Positions 39,101 to 50,700 of a stretch of 64,000 nucleotides of DNA are shown here, piece after piece. Source of the stretch: Aplysia californica (lineage: Eukaryota); contig NW_004797292.1 in NCBI RefSeq assembly GCF_000002075.1, positions 401,202-465,201 on the forward strand. The letters are read 5' to 3'. The notes beneath the pieces were generated by a model that saw only the letters and a program-made list of their open reading frames with translations, made no database searches and had not been told where the DNA came from. Each line of letters opens with the position of its first letter. The first letter of the stretch is position 1. Position numbers and translations under genes: made by a program.

Positions 39101-40212
39101 ATGATAAGAACAATAGTGATGATGACGCCAGAAGCGTTGGGGAGTCCGAATGCGGTTCAGAGAGGAGCGACGATGTCGACATTGACGATGACGATGAGGA
39201 AGATGAGAACCAGGCCTATGACGACGACGGTTACGCCTCCACCACGGGAAGACTGTCGGAGAGCGACGCCGGCGGACGTAGTCGAGACCCGCAGAGTCTA
39301 CACGCCTACTCTGAGCGCGCCTCCCGTAGACACACACACACGCCCAGGTCGGAGAGGAACATCACAGACCACGCCAGCCCGCGCAGAAGGTTGAGCTACA
39401 GTAACAGGCATTCGGTTTCACAGCCCTATCTCTCGGGGAAACGCCGAGCTGGGAGGCAGTCCAATTCCTCTCTGTTCTGGGGGACACGAAGACGAGATAA
39501 TTCAACAGAAGAGGAAGACCAGGAAGAGGGAGGAGAAAGAGAGAGAAATTATATTCGAACTCGCGTAGAACGCGACAAGACGGGTCCGGTAATATACCGC
39601 AACACACGAATGAGACACCCACGAGAAATTAAGTCGGCTGACAAAGCGCATACGAAAGGTACCCAGAGGGAGAAGGTAACCCCAAAGAAATTCATACGCC
39701 GTGGAGATTTGTTCCGAAACTGTAAACGCCACCTAGGGCAGCCACCAAAGGCTGCACAAGAGATACACCAAGTCTGTCCCAAAGATGTGTTGTTAGAAGG
39801 CAACGGCTCTCAGAACAGAGGAATTCTGAAGAATACTGGACCCCGAGTGCCCCGTAGCTCCCTGGTAGGCTCGAAACATGCAGAAGAGAAAGTAACGGTG
39901 GTCACTGGAGAGCACCCGCAAACCGCCCATAAATCCCGTCAGCCATCGGGGGTCATTAAGTACTTGGACAACCATAGCAGCTCATGCCTGAAGGGAGTAG
40001 ACAGTTGTCATCAAGGCTGCTCTGTAATCCCGGCCTTGAGATATACGCGTGGGCATGTTATCTCCTCCACCACCAAGCAGAAAATGGGTACACACAAAAT
40101 CTCAACGCCTCAAGACCATCAGCATTACAGCAGCAACAGCAAGAATGACACGCGAAGTGTGAAAACAAAATCCTACCCACGCCACCCAAGGGCACGTTAT
40201 ATGTGTCAATAA
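20542..40212 (+). CDS. Type I membrane protein: signal peptide, 2 EGF-like domains, TM helix, very long disordered cytoplasmic tail. Exons 20542-20718, 25034-25178, [uncertain linker exon(s)], 26950-27108, 28546-28648, 34469-34795, 36854-40212
   Basis: Hydrophobic N-terminus MKLMHVLIMLYLVSSAG. EGF1 CNSQPCQNGGQCIDLSEPSGVKR|FECSCLEGFEGITC; EGF2 [30 protein letters not shown](G). TM MLIVLIVFLVLLLIVLALM. Phases 0,1,1 chain the downstream exons in frame into the 1122-aa ORF. The join between EGF2 and TM is unresolved (gap at 25244-25343). Confidence 0.68.
21412..22934 (+). repeat. Near-identical duplicate of 18047-19569 (Helitron 3' half plus ~370 bp of flank)
   Basis: Constant offset of 3365 bp. 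ORF translations are identical; the only differences I saw are 3 substitutions near 18461-18470 / 21826-21835. Confidence 0.95.
23977..24500 (+). mobile_element. Full-length tRNA-derived SINE, family A, with a Nin/Deu-like central domain. Other copies 46005-46403 and 30535-30745 (3' part)
   Basis: tRNA-like head with A and B boxes (clearest at 46005: TGGCCGAGAGG...GGTTCAAATCC), central gaggtc..gt...gcacgttaaagatccc, and the common ...gttgcgagtgccgtaaaac tail. Confidence 0.8.
25034..25178 (+). CDS. EGF-TM gene exon 2 (end of EGF1 and most of EGF2)
   Basis: Acceptor acacag|TTC (an in-frame alternative exists at 25004), donor CAAG|gtgagc, canonical EGF Cys spacing. Confidence 0.88.
26950..27108 (+). 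CDS. EGF-TM gene transmembrane exon (159 nt, phase 0-0)
   Basis: ttcttctcccaacaaaacag|ATG ... CGG|gtactt; ~20-residue hydrophobic stretch followed by CLHCWRVYNRR. Confidence 0.82.
27628..27675 (+). CDS. Candidate short alternative terminal exon (EEGSLAELADEYILR*)
   Basis: Pyrimidine tract ttcttcctttgaaacag|GAA, phase 0 matching the TM exon donor, stop TAA at 27673. Confidence 0.45.
   Translation, partial: EEGSLAELADEYILR
31456..31900. mobile_element. Tc1/mariner (pogo-like) MITE
   Basis: TA|CAGTGGAATCCTGATAAA ... TTTATCATAATTCCACTG ends, with repeated internal (A)AGTCAAC motifs. Confidence 0.7.
33053..33128. repeat. (GA)n microsatellite. Similar tracts: (GA)n 25205-25243, (TATG)n 22951-23005, (TA)n 54386-54431
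   Basis: Visible runs. Confidence 0.95.
35340..35552 (+). mobile_element. tRNA(Asp-like)-derived SINE
   Basis: Head gcagtggttaggcac..gctgtcgcacgcaggagacccaagttcgattccc, non-tRNA body, gcgtaaaac-type tail. Confidence 0.6.
36854..40212 (+). CDS. 3.36-kb terminal coding exon (S/R/H/D/E-rich, low complexity)
   Basis: Uninterrupted 1122-codon ORF with raised GC. NAGNAG acceptor cacag/cag at 36853/36856 is phase 1, matching the 34795 donor. Confidence 0.85.
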
Positions 40213-43200
40213 TGGCAGAGCACAACGCGCGTTTCGAAAAGGGAACAAAACTTAACACGTGTCAACAAGAGGTGGCACATACAGAACATAAGCCCATAAG
40301 GCATCGACAGCAGGACGAACTAATGGTCAATAGTAGAAAAGTTTGAAAGTTGTGTTGATACATAATAATTATTATTTATCATTGTCGGCTCAATCCACGT
40401 TCCGACTTGAGATACACGTAGTTACAGAATACATGTACTTTTAAAGCCTCTTCGCTCAAAGCGTACATTATTCCCTCACAAACTAATGGTCGGATAGGTC
40501 CACATTTTCATAGGCCTTTTTTCATAACGTTTGGTCACTTTGAGAGGTGGTAACAAAGTTGTTTAGGGAAAAAAACCCACAGAGGAAGAGAAATTTTAAT
40601 AACCGAGAAGTTCTTGTACATGCAACAAAAGAATAGAGGAACACATGGCGACTGCCCTTTTTCTAATGCTCATGAAAGATTCGAAAAAGTGTAATTACAT
40701 GTAGGCCTATATGCTTGAAACAATGGAAAACAATTTAAAGTACTGTACATGGACCTCTGTGTAAACAAGCAGACTTGGTATTTTTTTTTATATTTCTAAT
40801 GGAGAGAAAGTGAGTGTACTCCCACGTCGATGAGCTGTTTTTGCAGCGCCAGTGAGGAAACTAATATGTGTCAGGACGCGTGGAATCAGGTGCTCGATAA
40901 TTTTGCGGCATATGGGGCTATCATGGTATCATTTTATAGCATAATAATTTGCTTGCGGATAAAAAATACCCATCTATCTCTATGTCTAGCAGAACTAAAG
41001 ATACATGTATTTGCGATTGAAGGAGGCTGGGGTCTTTTTAGTACCGGTAGAGGTTTTACGGCGCTCGCAACCGCATAAGGTCATAAGAGCGCCAAGGGGT
41101 GGATGTCAACTGAAAAGTCCTTACAGGGAATCAGACTTATTCTGCTCACCTCTCTAGCTTTAATAGCACAAGGTCTGCTTTGACTATCAAGGCACCCCAA
41201 AATAGCAGGTCACAAGAGAGTGACAAACATACAAAAGAAGTAGAGGATGACGATAGTAAGGACTAGGAAAGAAAAGGCAGCTGTTCCCTGTTGTAGTTCA
41301 GGCACATGGCGTTGGATCAGCCCATTTACAATGCTACTGTGCATTAGAATGAGAAATGGTCCCCCTTTGGGAATGGCCTAGGAAACTTCAGTCGGGGGGG
41401 NNNNNNNNNNNNNNNNNNNNNNNNNNNNNNNNNNNNNNNNNNNNNNNNNNNNNNNNNNNNNNNNNNNNNNNNNNNNNNNNNNNNNNNNNNNNNNNNNNNN
41501 CTGGGGTTGTCTGATGCCAGAAGTAAAATTAACGAGAAATTATGCGCCAAAAGTTAGTGTCTACCAAAGCTTGAGAGTCCTTGGACACTACAAATTTTCA
41601 TTTTTGGGGGGTGATTTTGATCAAACCTTTTTCAGTAAAATCTACAGAGAAATTTGTTTTTAAATGGACATAAAAAGTATTGAGCCAAAAATGTTCTACA
41701 AAAATTGTCAAATGGGCAAAAAATGCAGGTTACTTAGACTTCGCTTAGTTTTAGTTTTAGTAAATTTTACGGCACTTGCAACACTATGAGGTCATATGAG
41801 TGCCGAATATTAGAGGTGTTATAAGAGTAACAAACACAAAAAAAGGAGGGGAGACCGAGAACATATATTTTTTATAGGAAAGAAGGAGCAAACCACACCA
41901 GAGCACCCACCAACCACCCACACTTAGACTTCATTATTTCGACGAGTGTCTGATTTCACCACGATGCCACAAATATCTTACATCAGTACACATGTTTCTA
42001 ACAGATATCAAATGCACAGCTGTAGGCCTTCTTGGGACCAGACGGCTCATTGATCATATTCCTGTCACCATGGCAATAAAACCCAGCCCATCCTAGTAGT
42101 AATCCCAGCTCTGTCATGCCCCATGTACGCACACATTTTCATGCATTTGGACAAATACACACAGAATATGACTGGAGGACTACAGATATTTCTGCAAATC
42201 AATGGCTCAATGTAAGATTCCATCATTCGTCGCTTTTTCAAGTGGCGTACGCCGGAGTTTCACACTGAGCAATCAGTAGAAAATCAAGTTTTCTTCTTTT
42301 AGAGTTGCTTAACTAATTTGATGTTCATGTACTCATTTTTATACTGCTCTATGTCTTTTTCAATTGCTGTTGAGTTTTGTGAAATTTACACCTGTCTTCA
42401 ACTTCTATTAAAATGCTATCAAATATACCTGGCTTTTCTTCGTGTGATTATTTTTAGCTAGACACGAGAAAGACATCTCTTTATACTTTATGCAGTTCTG
42501 GCTAACCCCTGTATATGGCTATTATGGTTGGACAACTACTGTAGAACAGAAAGTGAAAATAAACTAGGGTAGAGGCAACTGAAATGTGTTTTTTAAGAGA
42601 ATGTTGAGAACTTTAAGACAGGAAAAGAAATCAAATGTGGTAGTGCTGACAGAAGCCAGTTTGAGATGCTCACTAATAGCAACAATAAGGGAGAGACAAA
42701 TGCAGTTCCTTGGGCACTTGAGTCACAACATAAAGACTACTTAAACATCTTACTGAAAAATAAAAGGTAAAAAGAACACGAGGTAGACAAAGACTAACTT
42801 ACTGTGATAAATTTTTGTTTCTTTCTTTGCTTCTTTTAGTTTAGTAGGGAGTTTTACAGTACATGCAACATAAATAGGTCATACAAGTACCGAATAGTAG
42901 AAATGTTACAAGAGAGTAACATAAAAAGAAAAGAAAAAAGGAGAGATAAGGATGACAGATGTTTGATGGGAAAAAGGAGCAAACCACACCAGAGCACTTG
43001 TCAACCTCCCATTATGTCAGCAGGATTTGAAATTGAACCCATCATGAATTTCAGATCAAATTATAGGACTACAGAGTGGATGGCCCTGGTTCGAATCCCC
43101 AACAGAGCATTCTTAAACTTTATTCAATTAGTGGAGTTTTCAAGGCTCTCAATCTATTTGGCTCGGTCCTATCGGAGACGGGTGTTGAATTCGAAGGTCT

Positions 43201-43450
43201 TGCTTCTTTAAAAAACTAACAGTGTTTAAACAACTGTCAAAACCATACACTTACTTTTCTTTTTTACTGGTATTTTCCACAAGAAAGTTACAAAAAATTC
43301 ACTGCATTAATTGAACTAAACCATTTACATGGAAAGACATTTTAATTTTAAATCACTAACAACACATTACGTCCCATGAAACAGGAGGGACAGTGCACAC
43401 ACACAAATTACATTGAAAAATGCCAACTGAGAAGAAACTTTCAAAAACCA

Positions 43451-43456
43451 TTTATT
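43451..43456 (-). promoter_or_regulatory. Candidate poly(A) signal (AATAAA on -) for HSPA14
   Basis: tttatt on + lies ~1.3 kb downstream of the HSPA14 stop; no transcript support. Confidence 0.35.
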
Positions 43457-44777
43457 TACACATGTTGGGAGAGAATGCACTTACAAGCATATTTACACAT
43501 TTTAAACATCAAAATATCAATGCTGTGATGATAAAATACAAACCTTGTCAATGAGAAAACTGAACAGTACGTCTCAGACATTGTGTGATAACGCATTATA
43601 AAACTTCATGACCATTGATGAGAAAATACAAAATCTTCAACACCTCAAAATGTATCCTATCTTAGATAAGAGTAATAGACTGCTTCACGATCACACCATG
43701 GTTTTACGACTCCCAAATTGTTCATCACAAGGTCAGACACACACTGTTCAACACACTCATGCTCCGACCAAGCGCAGCCAGCTCACAATACAGTCATATT
43801 ATCTTTTCAATATGACAGGCTTTTGACTTTCCCATTATGTCTTATGATTCACTCATACAACAAAAACTGCTTAATAATGCCACAAAGCTATGACTCATGA
43901 TTTGATAAAATGAACTTTCAAGAAATAAAAAGGGTGGTAAGGGTTTAGATTGTCAAGGACATGTCCAACATGCAGAAAGCTCAAACGAAATTTTCAACTA
44001 CTGACTGTAGAAAATTACATTGGGGTCCCCAAATTGGAAACACAAACACAGGCACTGAGTGCAAAAGCAACAAAATTTATATCCATAAAAATAGTTGACC
44101 ACTTTTTGATGTCTTAGTCTCGTGGTTGAGGCATCAAACTCATAATCATAGGATCAGGTGTTTGGTTTCCTGCAGACCTGGTTACAATACTGCATCCTTT
44201 GAAAAGGTAATTTAGCTTATTTGTCTGTTAATCCAGCAAATGAACTCTGGACAAAGACATAAAATCTAAATGATAGCCGTTAATTGCTTACGGGCTGCAC
44301 GATTGTACAGTCCCTGCGGACTGAGAGAGTAAATTGGAATAAACAGTACAGCATAAAATCATGTGAGCAAGCCTTCAATTTGTAAGGAAAAAGACTTCAA
44401 AATAGTCCCATAAATTTAACTGAAGATAAGAAGTGGTGATCTGTGATAACACTTTTTGATGTCAGTGAATCCAGAGGAATTGTCAGTATTTTTGTGACAA
44501 TGAGTGAAAACCTATATTATCGGATTTCATAGCCCTCTCAACAAAAGCTGATGATGTTTCCAAAGAGTGAACACAACCTGTATGGCAGTATAATGCCATC
44601 CCAAATAGCTCACTGCACATTTTGCTGCTGTTCTTAGTTCAATTGATAAGTCCAAAATAAGGATATGCGGCAGGGAAGTGACATCAGAAGATAAAAATAG
44701 TAGCAGTGAAGAATAAAGCAAAACATTTGTTTTGAGGACAGACATAATAGATGAGCATCACTAGCATACAGCATGTG

Positions 44778-47700
44778 TCAATGGCAGGGGATGGTGACAC
44801 TCTCTGACTTGTCCGACGTCACCTCATGACAGGTTATGTGCAGGTCGCCTTCCCTGATGGGTGAGTCAGGCAGAGGGGAAGAGAAAAACATTCAATTAGT
44901 AACTGTGTGGACAGTTTATTTGTTTGTTTTGATGTTTTATGGCACCTGCAACACAAAAAGGTTATATAAGAGCCGAAGATTAGAGGGGTTACAAGAGAGT
45001 AACAAACACAAAAAAGAAGGAGGGGAGAAAAGGACGATAGGTGCTTGATAGAAAGAAAAGAAAAAAACAAACCACACCAGAGCACCTGCCAACCACCCAC
45101 CTGTGGGTTCTGTCTTAATGAAAAAGTGAAAGAAGTGAATAAGAAATGAAGAGGCATATGAACTAGTATAGATAATAGCAGAAACTCAGAAATTTTTTTA
45201 AAAGGAGGAAATCCACGCAAAGGCGTACGCGCGCTCTTCAAAGGCCAGAGAAAAACCATCAGTGAGATCCAGAAGCAATATTTTGGAACATATCTCTATG
45301 TTTTAGGAAGGGTAAAGTGTTATATATATTTGTTAACTATACTGAATTAAAGTGTATTTGAAAAAAACCAATACACTAACAGGCAGGTTGATGACTAAAA
45401 ATCCAGTGTTTATAGCAAGCTGGAGTCTCATAAAAAGATTTCTTTTACTTTCGACATGTGCAACGACGTAGAGCAGTATTGGATTAAGGAGGCAACACCT
45501 TTGCCACTGTACAAAATTTCTTTATCGCACCAAACACAAAGTGCAGCACTCGGCTTGTTCAATTTTCTAAATCTAATGAACTGTTGAAGAGGCACACTGT
45601 CTGATTCTTTCTCAATCCAGCTCCATTCATTTTTGCATTCTCAGGGTGTCCAGCAATATTTCCTGAAAAAATTTAATACCTGGAAAAAAATTTACTACCC
45701 AGCAAATCAAGCCCCACACCAGCTCGAAGAAGGGAGTTCATTTGCACCATCAGTAACACAATATTGCATAATATATAAAACGAAAACAACACACAACGAA
45801 GTCCAGTCGACAAAATGGAGGACAGACAGGCAATCGCACGCTTGCTTGCCATTAGATTTAGTTTTAGTAAGGTTTTTACGGCGCTCGCAACTGCATAAGG
45901 TTATATGAGCACAAAGGGGTGGATGTCAACAGAGAAGTCCAAACGGGGAATCAAGCTTACTCCTGCTCACCTCTCTAGCCTCAACAGCACAAAGTCTGCT
46001 TCCAGGACTCTCGTGGCCGAGAGGTAAAGGTGTTCGCCTCTCATTCAAAGGTCCCGGGTTCAAATCCGGGTAGCGACAGAAAAATTTTCTTCTCTAAAAT
46101 TGTCTCCATCCACCTCCTTTCCTGCTCTCAAGCAATGTTCTGTCATCTGCTTTCGTCTCCTCCTTTGCCACTCCTCTGAGCTCCTGACTCTTTCTGCCAC
46201 TCCTTGGCTACTTCTTACTGCTGTCATTCAGCCACACCCCTGATCTTCTGGTAGGAAAGATCGACACCTACCTAGCCTTTTCGGAAAAGGGCGAAAAATT
46301 TCGAGGTCCCGTGTGCAAGTAGCGCACGCTTAAGATCCATTGGTGGCCTAAAATCGATAAGAGTAGGCTTCGGCCGCGACCCAAAATTCAAAATTTCCTA
46401 CCAGTCTTGAACAGAAAGCTACAATACAGTTATAATTCACTATCACCCATCCAATGAACGCAAACACTTTAGTTCAATAACACGGATTACAAGGTATAAA
46501 GGGTCCTGATTCCACACACGGTCTGCACCAATACGCGCTTTACAGAGAGCTCTAAATCAAAATTATGAAATTTGCTTCCAAGTTTTTGTCCTCATGTGTT
46601 GCCTTCAGCACCCCCCCAAGTGTATCTTTTTTTTTTTAAAATCAATAATCCCCAGCCCCATTCCATAGTCCTATACTTCGCAACCCTCAGACTTTGAATG
46701 AACTTTGGCGACTCAACAAACGCCGGTGCTCACACGATGCCATAGCCTATCTTGCGATGGGAACGCATGCAGGTTCACTGACTTGTCCCGATGGCGAGCC
46801 CGACAATCTAAAATTCTGCATGTCACAAAATAATTTTGCGTTATCAGTCAATCGGTGGCAAATTTTTAAGCGATAACGAAAGCAAAAGTAGATATTGATT
46901 TTCCCGATCAAGCTTTGGTGTCACATACACTTCCGCCTGCCGCCTTAGCCACCTGTTTGCGTGAAACGTACTCTCGAAAGGGGAAAAGCTAAACAAATAT
47001 TACAATCGCGACCGGTAAAATAGTACTGAATGACCATACCGGATTTGGTTTTCAAATATTCGAGTTCCGCGATACTGATATTACTCAAAGATCATTGTAT
47101 TAGATCTACTTTGACAAAAGATGGGACTTAGTAATCGCTGAGTACCGCGGCTATGACTCCGTTCACTGAAAAGTCATGCTGGCTCCATCACTCTGTATGC
47201 AGGTTAATTTACGACCGTTTACCAAATGTTTACTACCTTCAAGGCACATTTACTACCATTTACGACCTCGCTGGACACCACGATTCTGCATCAATTTTTC
47301 TTGAATTTCCGCCATTTTCAAAGACAACTTGGTGCACCATTGTTCCGATGCTAAATCGACAGTTGACACTGCCACTCGGCTCCACAATAAATAATGTGAA
47401 CCTTTAGTGCAAGACACAGAACGGAAGTATGAAGCAACGAGTAGACATGCACAAACTGTGTTTTCGTCTCACGCCCGGTTCAATGTTTTCCGCATGTAAA
47501 AAAAAGTATCGCAATTTGCTACTGAGAGTGGTCCAGAGGAAAAAGGGGAAAAGTAGCGGGAAAAGCTAGATAAAGCGGAGGTAGCGGAGTTTCCGCTATT
47601 TAGAGGAAAAGTGGCAGCTATGATATATACATATTACAAATACAAGAAACATAGGAAATACAAACAGGTACAATAGATAAAAGTCTGTAAATCTGTCCCA

Positions 47701-50700
47701 CACTAACCAACTTTAGCACCTGAATGTGGGGCTCCAGATATAGAAAAGGCTTTGCAACTTCCACCAAATTCTTCAGAGCATAAAAAGCCAAATAAATATT
47801 GTTTTGAGTTGAGTAAAAAGAAGCATATTGGCACATTAATGGTCATACAGTGCAGGGAAAAAGCAAGACAGACAGACAGACAGACAGAAACAACATAGGA
47901 AAAGAAAAGAAGTAGGATCTACAATAGGCAAAAAGGCAAGCCTGTCACGGTATGGCCCAAACACAATACAGTGGAACCCTGTTATAACGAGAGGGAGGGG
48001 AGTAGTGCAAAATGTCCCGGAATGTCCGTATAGCAGGATTCTCGTAATAAATTCAAGTGAAATAATAAAGTAGGCAATATATGAGTTTGGTGTTCTGTTT
48101 ATTTCTCTTTGTTATCTCTTTCTCTGATGATTTTGTTCAACATGACCTCTAGGTCTTACCATAGCTGCCACTCAGGAATTTAAAAAAAGGAGGAAATTCA
48201 TGCGAAGGCGGAAGCGCGCTCTCCGAAGGCCGGAGTAAAACCAGTGAGATCCAGAGGCAATATACTGGTTTTGAAAGGGAAAACTGTCATATTTGTTTAT
48301 CATAGGCAACTGAATTAAAATGTATTTGGGGGACCCCCCCCCCAAAAAAAAAAAAAAAAAGGCACTAAGTAGACTAACAATAACAAACATTTGAGTCAAT
48401 TAGACACAATTTGGACTTGGTGACTAAAATTCCAGTTTTTGTTGCAAGCTGGTGTCTTATAAAAAGATTTCTTTCACTTTAAACTTGTACATCGATGTAC
48501 AGCGTGGGCAGTATTGGAACAAGGAGGCAACACCTTTGCCGCTGTACTGAGCACTCCTGTACAATTGCGGTCCCGTTTGCACTTACAACTTAGTAGATCT
48601 AGATCTAGTCCCTCTGTAGTGTGTAGATCTAACCTGAATTAAAACTATAGCCTAGGCTATCTAATCTAGATCTAGATATCTAAATATGTGTAAATCTAGA
48701 TTATATCTAGAGATAGATTATCTAGATCTCAAAATGTCCTTATCTAGATCTAGATTCACTTCAACAGCCACAATAGCCGTCGGCGTCATGTAAACAAACG
48801 GGACCGCAATTGTACAGGAGTGCTGCGGCCGCGATTTCTTTATCGCACCAAACGCAAAGTACAGCAAGCGGCTTGTTCAATTTTCTAATGAACTTTTCAA
48901 GTCGCACACCGGCTGCTTCTTTCTCATTCCAGCTCCTTTTATTTTTGCATTCTGCATCAATTTCTCTCGAATTTCCACCGTTTTCAATGACAACTCGGCG
49001 CGCCAATGTCCCGATGCCCGATCGACACTTTGTTGCTCCACAATAAACAAAGTGAAACTAGCGCTGGGCCTAGAAGAACGGAAGCAGAAAGCTACGGGCG
49101 GACATGCGCAAGCTGCATTTTCGTCTCTCTCCCGGTTCGGTGTTTTTCGCACGTAAAAAAGTATCGCAATTTGCGACTGAGAGCGGTCCAGCGGAGGAAG
49201 GAGGAAAGTAGCGGGAAAAGCTAGATGAAGCGGAGTTTCCGCTATTTAGCGGGAAAGTGGCAGCTATGCTTACTTGATCAAAAATCGAATCGGGTTTCTT
49301 TCTCTAGCGCTAGCGATGTTGATAGCTCGGCGTTGGCAATCAGAAAGAAAGGGCTCTAGGTTAACTCGCCCACTGTGTTGTCCCCCACCCCACCACACCC
49401 TTTGGTGCGTCCCATCTGCTTGTGCACGTCACACATTCACTCCATCCATCATAGCACTGTGACCTCTCAATCCCCGTATCGGAGAAGTGAGAGACAAGGT
49501 AGGCTAATCTAGACTAGGCTGGCCTATCACACGATGTGATCTGCACGTCTGCACATGCCACTCCCTCCCCACTCATTGTGGGCTCTCCCATTCTTTGTTT
49601 CCCTAGATCACCAACAAGTTTCTCAACTGGCGAGGTTTTACATGAAAATGGCCTATGCGCTGTGCACAGCAGCAGCAATATTCCACTATAACCGACTCGC
49701 GTTTTCGTCTGATAGCGCTATAGCAGTATTTTATTTACAAAGGTAAAGAAAGGGAAAAAAATGGGGTTTTAGAAAAGTGTCTTTATAATAGACTTCTCAT
49801 TATTTCAGGACTCGTTATTTGGACTTCACTGTAACATAAAATGCAAGAAATGATGACAGAAATGACCGCAGGAAAATTCAGGAAAAGAGCATAAAAATAA
49901 CAGGAATATGACAGAAACAGACACAATGCTGGCAAGATGCCATAGTGAAATCACAAATTTCTGTGTTATACCTTTTCAGGTGGAAATTGGACTTGATAGT
50001 GGAGCCTGGAGGTAAATCACGGAGTACCAGCTGGGGAAATAAAGTCATAAAATCACATGACAGGTGTACTGTGGGGACATGACAGGTGTACTGTGGGGAC
50101 TACATTCACATGCAATGTTGTTCCCAACCGAACAGTGTATACTGTACATTCTCAATAACAGCATAAATAGTAACACACCCCCCCCTTTAAAAACAGTTGG
50201 CTACTTGTGGGGGGGGGGGGGGGGAGATTTATTACGCCATAAGCTTGTGAGACTTGAAACGCATCTCAGACTTGCATAAAGAGGATCCAGGTTTTCTTGA
50301 ACAAGTGTCCTAAGAAGTTACTGAGGATCAGATGACAGACAGGGTCGCCAACGTGGAAGTATTAAGAAGAACGAGACAGATCTCAGTCAGAGATGCGGTG
50401 GGAAGAAGGCGTTGGCGATGGATTGGACACACTCTCAGGAAGGCAAGCAGATGCATAACAAAGAAAGTGTTAGATTGGAACCCACAGGGTAAAGGATCAA
50501 GGGGAAGACAACTGGGAACTTGGAGAAGTCACAGAAATGGATGTACGGAAAAGTGGGAAGACATGGCGTGACATCAAGTCACTAGCTCAGGATAGGGAAA
50601 TGTGGAAAGTGTTTGTCTGTGGCCTATATCCTGATCCAGGGTGAGAAAGGCAATGATGATGATTATGATGAATCCAGAAGCAGGAGGGGAAAAAATCTTT

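Larger units (their letters stand above)
1100..41500. other. Assembly gaps (N runs) at about 1100-1421, 2061-2203, 4357-4514, 14401-14535, 19570-19784, 19843-19989, 20070-20248, 23006-23105, 23473-23602, 25244-25343, 32604-33044, 41401-41500
   Basis: Visible N runs, many next to microsatellites or homopolymers. Confidence 0.99.

Noticed and set aside
36844-40212. 1122-aa ORF as a standalone intronless gene, viral insert or transposon ORF
   Set aside because: It has no RT, integrase, capsid or transposase motifs and no flanking LTR or TIR. An in-phase acceptor lies 10 nt after its ATG, so a terminal exon is the simpler reading.
37000-40258. Many short antisense or alternate-frame ORFs overlapping the large exon
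   Set aside because: These are expected shadows of a long GC-richer coding exon, with no independent motifs or splice support.
46005-46078. tRNA genes here and at ~3655, 23977, 35340, 43070, 53570 and 60165
   Set aside because: A/B boxes are present but stems are broken, and most run straight into shared repeat bodies, so these are SINE heads or remnants.
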